Shown: piece by piece, positions 58,269-64,000 of the stretch
Layout of the letters: every line of letters starts with the position of its first letter
Position numbering within the stretch: position 1 is the first letter of the stretch
Assembly (NCBI GenBank): GCA_029258885.1
Contig: JAPDJW010000019.1
Span: 1 to 64,000, forward strand
DNA length: 64,000 bases
Origin: Thermoproteota archaeon
GTDB taxonomy: Archaea; Thermoproteota; Thermoprotei; Thermofilales; B9-G17
Direction of reading: 5' to 3'
Notes under the pieces: model-generated
Seen by the model: the letters and a program-made list of their open reading frames with translations, nothing else
Told to the model about the DNA's origin: nothing
Databases searched by the model: none
Program-made: the position numbers and the translations under genes

Positions 58269-59171
58269 GTGTTGCTCTTGCTCGAACTTAAGGCTGAGGA
58301 ATTCAAGAGAATGTGGAGAGAGTACGAGAGAAAACTCACGATGATGGCTGAGTCAACCATAGAAAGGATTCTAGAGGACTACCCTAAGGCTAGATTTGCA
58401 TGGAATTACATTAAAAATAACGAGTACATTAGGGGGCTTTGGGAAATGGCCGACTACATTGTAGTGAGTAAGATGAAGTATAATGCGCACGGGGACACAC
58501 ACGCCAAGGTTGTTGCGGCAAACGCATTGAAGATACTTAATATACTACTTATGAAAGGATATAAGCCGGATATAGTTAAGGATGGTATAGGCGACACCGA
58601 CGATACATTCCTCGTAGTACTACTTTCAGCCCTACTCCACGATATAGGAAACGGTGTCGAGAGAAAAAGGCATAACCACCACAGTGTGATTCTAGCCGAA
58701 CCTATCCTAATGGAACTCCTATCTCAGATCTACAGCGATAAGTTTAAGCTGGCGATGATTAAGGGCGCCATACTCCACGCAATATACACTCACATGGAGG
58801 ATGAGCGATCCTACACTATGGAGGCAAGCATAGTTAAAGTCGCGGATGGAACGGATATGACTAAGGGGCGCAGTAGGATACCCTACGACTTAGGGAACGT
58901 TAACATACACACAGTTTCAGCGATGTCGGTCGATGAGGTAGAGATAGTGGAGGGCGCGGAGAAACCTGTTGAGATCAGAGTGTATATGACTAACTCGGCG
59001 GGGGTATTTCAGGTAGAGGAGATACTCCACAAAAAGCTTATGTCCGGATGTATATCACACTTAGTCGATATCGTGGCTAAAACAATACCGGAAAAAGTCG
59101 ATACAGACGAAAGGATAGTTAGGAAGCTGGTAACGGAAGATGGGAGATTCGTACACATAAGGGAATACTAG
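58269..59171 (+). CDS. HD-domain phosphohydrolase (archaeal family)
   Basis: NAHGDTHA, LLHDIG, H, and ADGTDM..GRSRIPY. Start may be a downstream ATG. Confidence 0.88.
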   Translation: MLLLLELKAEEFKRMWREYERKLTMMAESTIERILEDYPKARFAWNYIKNNEYIRGLWEMADYIVVSKMKYNAHGDTHAKVVAANALKILNILLMKGYKPDIVKDGIGDTDDTFLVVLLSALLHDIGNGVERKRHNHHSVILAEPILMELLSQIYSDKFKLAMIKGAILHAIYTHMEDERSYTMEASIVKVADGTDMTKGRSRIPYDLGNVNIHTVSAMSVDEVEIVEGAEKPVEIRVYMTNSAGVFQVEEILHKKLMSGCISHLVDIVAKTIPEKVDTDERIVRKLVTEDGRFVHIREY

Positions 59172-59581
59172 GTAATTAATTTAATTACTCCCTTCTTTTT
59201 CCCAGCTATAACCTCCACCCTATCACCATCTGACAGTATCTTAAACGGGTTTTTATCAGGTTTATCCATGAGAGGTATTTTAGCCATGATACATCCGATA
59301 ATGATTATAGGCTCGCTTTCAATGTTCACTATGGCTTTTGGGGCAACACCATACCTCTTTAACCCGTATATCACGTAGGAGCCGACAGTGCTTCCCTTAC
59401 CATATGGATATACCAGTATCTTGCCAGCAATGCTCTTACCGTATAAGCAGTGCCCTTTCTCAGTAACTACGCCAGTTTTAACGTCAACTCCTCCATAGAA
59501 TGAGATAGGGTCCTCGGAAATCAATACCTCACCGGTAGCTCGCCCCTCAACCAGTGAACGACAATTTATAATAGTAGGCAT
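59168..59581 (-). CDS. DUF126 aconitase X swivel-domain protein (phosphomevalonate dehydratase small-subunit family)
   Basis: ISFYGGVD..TG, GKGSTVGSYV, and GCIMAKIP. Confidence 0.88.
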   Translation of the reverse strand: MPTIINCRSLVEGRATGEVLISEDPISFYGGVDVKTGVVTEKGHCLYGKSIAGKILVYPYGKGSTVGSYVIYGLKRYGVAPKAIVNIESEPIIIIGCIMAKIPLMDKPDKNPFKILSDGDRVEVIAGKKKGVIKLIT

Positions 59582-59590
59582 GCTATCTCC

Positions 59591-60607
59591 CTAGGAGCAT
59601 AAATCGGTATTGAACATATAACTGTTAGCATGTTTCTCCGAGGAATAGAGCCTGAACACCGTATCATCTCCACCATATCTGCTTGTAATTCGCTTATCCA
59701 CCTTAAGGACGATACGGTCGGCGAATGGATCATATACTATAACTCCTCTGCCGGGAGAATATAGGATGGCCTTAAGGCCAGTAAGCATCCTATCAAAGAT
59801 CATAATGGAGTAATCCCTATAGACTGCATATATGTAGGGCCTATTAAACAGCCCGAAGACAAGCCTATACCCCTTCAAATCCCTGAAAAGCTGGCGTATC
59901 CTCTTCTTTAATCTCTCGTCGATAAAACTCGATAGCACAGCCTTAAATGAAACATACCTTGAGCCAACGCTATATGCTAGATAGGTTGATTCAAGCCTAC
60001 TAACCACCCACCTATAGTCGTCCATCGATATTCTCCTAACGGACTCTATGTAGCGCCTACCCAAATCCATAGAACTACCACAATCGATTGAACATGGAGT
60101 ATGATAGATAGCCCAAAACTCTATGGGAACACGCATATCCAGACCTTTTCCTATAAGCTGCCTATGAAAACTCCTCCTAGCCCCAGCAACCCCACGCTCA
60201 ATAAACTTCTCCACACAGCACCTAGGATAACCGAGAAGCTCACCAAGCCTACGATGATCATCCACACCCTTAGTCTCTTTACTCCATAGATTGACCAGCT
60301 CAATTAATAGCTCATATTCCCTAGAAACAAGGATATCAGAAGCCTCAATATTCCAATTAACTACAGGTCTGGGTCTACGTTCAATCCTCTCTAGACCATC
60401 CCTCAGCAGAAAATTCCCATCCCCCTTCCACAAAACGTAGCCTATACTCGACCTATAACAATAGGATAAATCTAAGTCCTCGAGAAAACTTGAAATGTGA
60501 TCCCAGTACAATATATCTATGGACTCTATAATAGCCGTAGGCTTCACACCGGTGTAGACTGCCGAAAGCTGGCAGAACTGCCTATGGTTAAACAGGTGGG
60601 CTATCAT
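59591..60607 (-). CDS. DUF483-like protein
   Basis: LGELLGYPRCCVEKF and HTPCSIDC..S..LG. Confidence 0.7.
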   Translation of the reverse strand: MIAHLFNHRQFCQLSAVYTGVKPTAIIESIDILYWDHISSFLEDLDLSYCYRSSIGYVLWKGDGNFLLRDGLERIERRPRPVVNWNIEASDILVSREYELLIELVNLWSKETKGVDDHRRLGELLGYPRCCVEKFIERGVAGARRSFHRQLIGKGLDMRVPIEFWAIYHTPCSIDCGSSMDLGRRYIESVRRISMDDYRWVVSRLESTYLAYSVGSRYVSFKAVLSSFIDERLKKRIRQLFRDLKGYRLVFGLFNRPYIYAVYRDYSIMIFDRMLTGLKAILYSPGRGVIVYDPFADRIVLKVDKRITSRYGGDDTVFRLYSSEKHANSYMFNTDLCS

Positions 60608-60686
60608 CGAATATGTAAAGAAGGGCTAGGATATAAGCTGTTCGAGGGGAAAACGTTTAACTAGCGTTAATTAAATAGATAACTGC

Positions 60687-61361
60687 ATGGTCGTTATCCT
60701 GGAAATTATACGTAGACTAGAGGGTTCTCTCTCGATAGGGAAGGGGGAGTTCATAGCCTACGATGTCGCCAGAGAAACAGGTGATCCCTTCAAGATACTG
60801 GTTGCGACTATTCTATCCCAAAACACTAGCGAGGCGAACGCCTATAGAGCATACGATGAACTTAAGTCCAGGATAGGCTTAGAGGTACACTCCATATACC
60901 GTGCGAGTCTATCGGAGCTAGAGGAGTCTATAAGGAAGGCTGGGTTATGGAAGAGTAAGGCTAGAGCTATCAAGGAACTAGCTAACCTCATTGTTGAGAG
61001 ATTTAATGGTGAACCTAATGGCCTACTGAAGCTAACAGTAGATGAGCTTAGGGATATGCTCCTCAGTATCCAGGGTATAGGCGTTAAGACTATTGACGTC
61101 CTGCTTGTAAACATGGGATACGGCGTTATACCCCTCGATACACATATCCTACGGGTTTCCCGTAGGCTCGGCTTAACGGAGGCAAGGAGATACGATGACG
61201 TGCAGAGGGATTTACATAAACTAATTCCTCCCAAGCTCAGGTTGAAAGCTCATCTTCTATTAATTAAGCTGGGGAGAACATACTGTAGGGCGCGTAAGCC
61301 GCTATGCAGTGTCTGTGTATTGAACGATATCTGTCCGAAAATTGGAGTTGAAAAGGAATAA
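60687..61361 (+). CDS. nth: Endonuclease III (HhH-GPD, 4Fe-4S)
   Basis: ILSQNT, GIGVKT, PLDTH, and C-x6-C-x2-C-x5-C. Confidence 0.92.
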   Translation: MVVILEIIRRLEGSLSIGKGEFIAYDVARETGDPFKILVATILSQNTSEANAYRAYDELKSRIGLEVHSIYRASLSELEESIRKAGLWKSKARAIKELANLIVERFNGEPNGLLKLTVDELRDMLLSIQGIGVKTIDVLLVNMGYGVIPLDTHILRVSRRLGLTEARRYDDVQRDLHKLIPPKLRLKAHLLLIKLGRTYCRARKPLCSVCVLNDICPKIGVEKE

Positions 61362-61388
61362 ATAGCTGTTTCATGTTAAGTTTTACCC

Positions 61389-62156
61389 ATGATAGATAGC
61401 CACTGCCACCTTGAACAGGAGGTTTACGATGAGGATAGGGATGAAGTAGTTGAGCGTGCAAGGGCTAATGGACTTAAGGCTATAGTCTTCTCATCGTCCA
61501 GCCCAAAACACCTCGAAAAGGCTATAAAGATAGTTGAAAGGTATAAGGGGTACGTTTTCGCAACCCTCGGCTTCCACCCAGAGCTTATAGGAGACTTCCC
61601 GCTACAAGTCATCGAGGAGTACCTGAATTCCATAGCGAAACATGGGGATTCGATAGTTGAAATAGGCGAGACGGGTCTAGACTACTATTGGGTTAAAGAT
61701 GAAAAGCTTAGAAGGCTCCAGAAGGATCTACTAATTAAACACCTAGAGCTTGCGAAAAGGCTTGATCTCCCAGTAGTCATCCATTCGAGGGACGCCACTG
61801 AAGACACCTTCGACATCCTCGAATCATTCGGCTATAAACGGATACACTGGCACATGTTCGGCTTTCATGACCAGCTTAAGAGAGCCATAGACAACGGATG
61901 GTACATATCAGTTAATGCAATACTATTCAGAAGCAAGAGATACAGGAAAATAGCTAGAGACGCCCCAATAGATAGGCTTATGGTTGAAACCGATGCACCA
62001 TGGCTACTAGTAATTAGGGAGGGCAGAAACGAGCCATCAACAATAGTCGATATAGCCAGAATGATTGCCTCCATCAGAAAAACAGATTTCGAGGAAATAT
62101 GGCTTCAACTAGGACTAAACGCCAAAAAATTTTATAATCTACCCGTGGAGCTCTAG
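61389..62156 (+). CDS. tatD: TatD-family nuclease
   Basis: DSHCH, GFHP, IGETGLDY, IHSRDA, and ETDAPW. Confidence 0.93.
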   Translation: MIDSHCHLEQEVYDEDRDEVVERARANGLKAIVFSSSSPKHLEKAIKIVERYKGYVFATLGFHPELIGDFPLQVIEEYLNSIAKHGDSIVEIGETGLDYYWVKDEKLRRLQKDLLIKHLELAKRLDLPVVIHSRDATEDTFDILESFGYKRIHWHMFGFHDQLKRAIDNGWYISVNAILFRSKRYRKIARDAPIDRLMVETDAPWLLVIREGRNEPSTIVDIARMIASIRKTDFEEIWLQLGLNAKKFYNLPVEL

Positions 62157-63133
62157 ATGGGCGGAGGCGGCGGTGGAGGCGCTGGACCTAGCCTACTTAT
62201 GGCTTCATTAAGCTGTCTCCTCAGGTTTACGGGTATTATTCCGGTGATTTCTCTTTCTATCATGTATGCTTCGCCTATGACTTCGTGTTCGGGAATATCC
62301 TTTCTGTGGTGTATGTATTCGCATACTAGTATGGCTTGGATATAAGGGGTCAAGAAGGCGTAGTAGGTTATGGCTGCGGCTATGACTCCAAGTAGTATTG
62401 GTATGGGGTTTAGGGGTCCAGTTATGAAGTAGCCTGCGACGATTGCTACTCCTAGGAATGTCGCTAAAGTTACTGCGTAGTTTAGGATCATGAATATGAT
62501 GGCTATTGTTAGGAAGCTGCCCCACTTCTTCTTGACTACGGCCATTCCTATTCTGGCGTTCATCCATGCGTCGTAGTTTTCTAGGACTACCGCGACCGTT
62601 ACTACATCGAGTATGACTAGTATGAATCTATCTAGGATAGCCATAACTATTTTAGCTATAGTGCTTACGATGGGTATCCAGCTGGTGAGGAACCTTACGA
62701 GGCCCGTTAGTGTTCTAAAGAAGGCTCGTGCAACCATTCTGAATACCCAGAGGACTGAGAGGGAAAGGGCCTTGGATTTAACGATGTCGACTCCGTATCT
62801 GATTTGTGAGGTAAACGTTATTTTGGGAAAGCCTCTGGCGTAGGCTCCCATGGCGGCTATGTGTGCGCAGAATATCATGAACATTAGATATCTGTATACT
62901 AGCCTGACGACTGCGATGAGGTATAGGGGTATGCCTACAACTGTCACTAGTCTAACCCATATATTCTCTGGGAATATATCCGTGAAGAAAACTAGTGCTC
63001 CGAGCCAGAAGGCTAGGGCGACAAGTATTGCAAACAATACTGTAACGAGGATTCTCAGTAGTATGAAAGGTATGGTATTGAAGTATACTTTGAGTCCTAG
63101 AGTCATGCTTCTGCCGATGGGCAAATATTTCAC
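62153..63133 (-). CDS. Multi-pass membrane protein with poly-Pro tail
   Basis: Several TM segments; ends GPAPPPPPPPI. Confidence 0.75.
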   Translation of the reverse strand: MKYLPIGRSMTLGLKVYFNTIPFILLRILVTVLFAILVALAFWLGALVFFTDIFPENIWVRLVTVVGIPLYLIAVVRLVYRYLMFMIFCAHIAAMGAYARGFPKITFTSQIRYGVDIVKSKALSLSVLWVFRMVARAFFRTLTGLVRFLTSWIPIVSTIAKIVMAILDRFILVILDVVTVAVVLENYDAWMNARIGMAVVKKKWGSFLTIAIIFMILNYAVTLATFLGVAIVAGYFITGPLNPIPILLGVIAAAITYYAFLTPYIQAILVCEYIHHRKDIPEHEVIGEAYMIEREITGIIPVNLRRQLNEAISRLGPAPPPPPPPI

Positions 63134-63156
63134 CTAAAAATATCAATCATTTTAAA

Positions 63157-63984
63157 CTATTTTAAAACTTCCTCGACGTTAAACCCTAGTTCCTTAGCTT
63201 TAACTATAGCCTTTAACGCTTCACTCTTTCTTCCAATTCTAGCTAAAGCTAGACCTAAGGCGAACCATACCTCACCCCTCTCTCCGTTCATTTTAACTGC
63301 CTTTGATAAAACCTCGTGGGCTTCCTTAAACCTATTAACCGCCATTAGAGCTACGCCATAGTTAAATAATGTATCGGCATTATTCGGGTTGATTTTCATA
63401 GCCTTTTTAAATGCCTCCAGAGCCTCCGCGTATCTTCCGAGCTTTGTGAGTAACGTCCCTAGGTTATGCCACGATCTAAAGTCTTCGGGGTTAATCTTTA
63501 GACACCTTCTGTAGGCGTCAACAGCATCATTATACATCCCTATTCTCTCATATGCCACGCCTAGATTATACCATGCATCGTACATCTCCGGATCTCTCTT
63601 GACTGCAGCTTTAAGTTTATCAATCGCCTCCCTGTACCTGCCAATCTTACTGTACACAACCCCCAGGGCATAGAGAGCCCTAGCGTTATTCGGACTTAAT
63701 TCGATGGCCTTTAGTAGGGCTGAAGCCGCTTCGTTGTATCTACCCAAGGCATCGTATGCCATGCCTAAGTTGATCCAAGCGTCGACTACGCTATCATCTA
63801 TACTTAAGGCTCTCTTTAAAGCGTCCACGGCGTCGCTGTATTTACCGAGCTTAATATATGTAAAGCCAAGGAGAATCCATGCCTCAACATTACTAGGATT
63901 CCTTTTTAAAATAGTTTTGAGCAGTTTAACCGCATCGCTATACTTTCCATCCACTATAAGTCTACGTGCATCAGCGGGCTTCAT
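63157..63984 (-). CDS. Tetratricopeptide repeat protein
   Basis: About 7 consecutive 34-aa W..LG..Y..LG.Y..A..A repeats. Confidence 0.93.
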   Translation of the reverse strand: MKPADARRLIVDGKYSDAVKLLKTILKRNPSNVEAWILLGFTYIKLGKYSDAVDALKRALSIDDSVVDAWINLGMAYDALGRYNEAASALLKAIELSPNNARALYALGVVYSKIGRYREAIDKLKAAVKRDPEMYDAWYNLGVAYERIGMYNDAVDAYRRCLKINPEDFRSWHNLGTLLTKLGRYAEALEAFKKAMKINPNNADTLFNYGVALMAVNRFKEAHEVLSKAVKMNGERGEVWFALGLALARIGRKSEALKAIVKAKELGFNVEEVLK

Positions 63985-64000
63985 CGATGTTAAGGTAATA

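Overview
Fragment of a hyperthermophilic archaeal genome, most likely Thermoproteota. The evidence is a tetraether lipid synthase, di-myo-inositol-phosphate (DIP) genes, DUF126, NurA/HerA and GGTG-type Shine-Dalgarno motifs. Positions 1 to about 22 kb are a dense defence island. It opens with the 3' part of a restriction-like DUF499/SNF2-DUF3883 operon carrying an RNase J-like MBL gene, followed by a Swt1-type HEPN gene. Next is an AT-rich, uncharacterised cluster: an orphan 524-aa gene, an SF2 helicase, a DUF1998-PLD fusion, a P-loop ATPase, a PD-(D/E)XK nuclease, an EVE-like protein and an amino-methyltransferase with a DPPM motif. This cluster looks like an archaeal DISARM/DpdJK-like system and is the best candidate for an undescribed system. 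From about 22 to 32 kb lie decayed toxin-antitoxin modules and two AAA-wHTH ATPases, each with its own tandem repeat abutting the start codon. From about 32 to 64 kb are mostly housekeeping genes: ion transport, an amino-sugar/possible murein-scavenging gene set, DIP synthesis, Tes, a CARF-like regulator facing a stand-alone nurA-herA pair, Nth, TatD and a TPR protein. No CRISPR array, rRNA, tRNA, integrase or transposase was recognised. All family assignments come from motif recognition by eye; no database searches were run.
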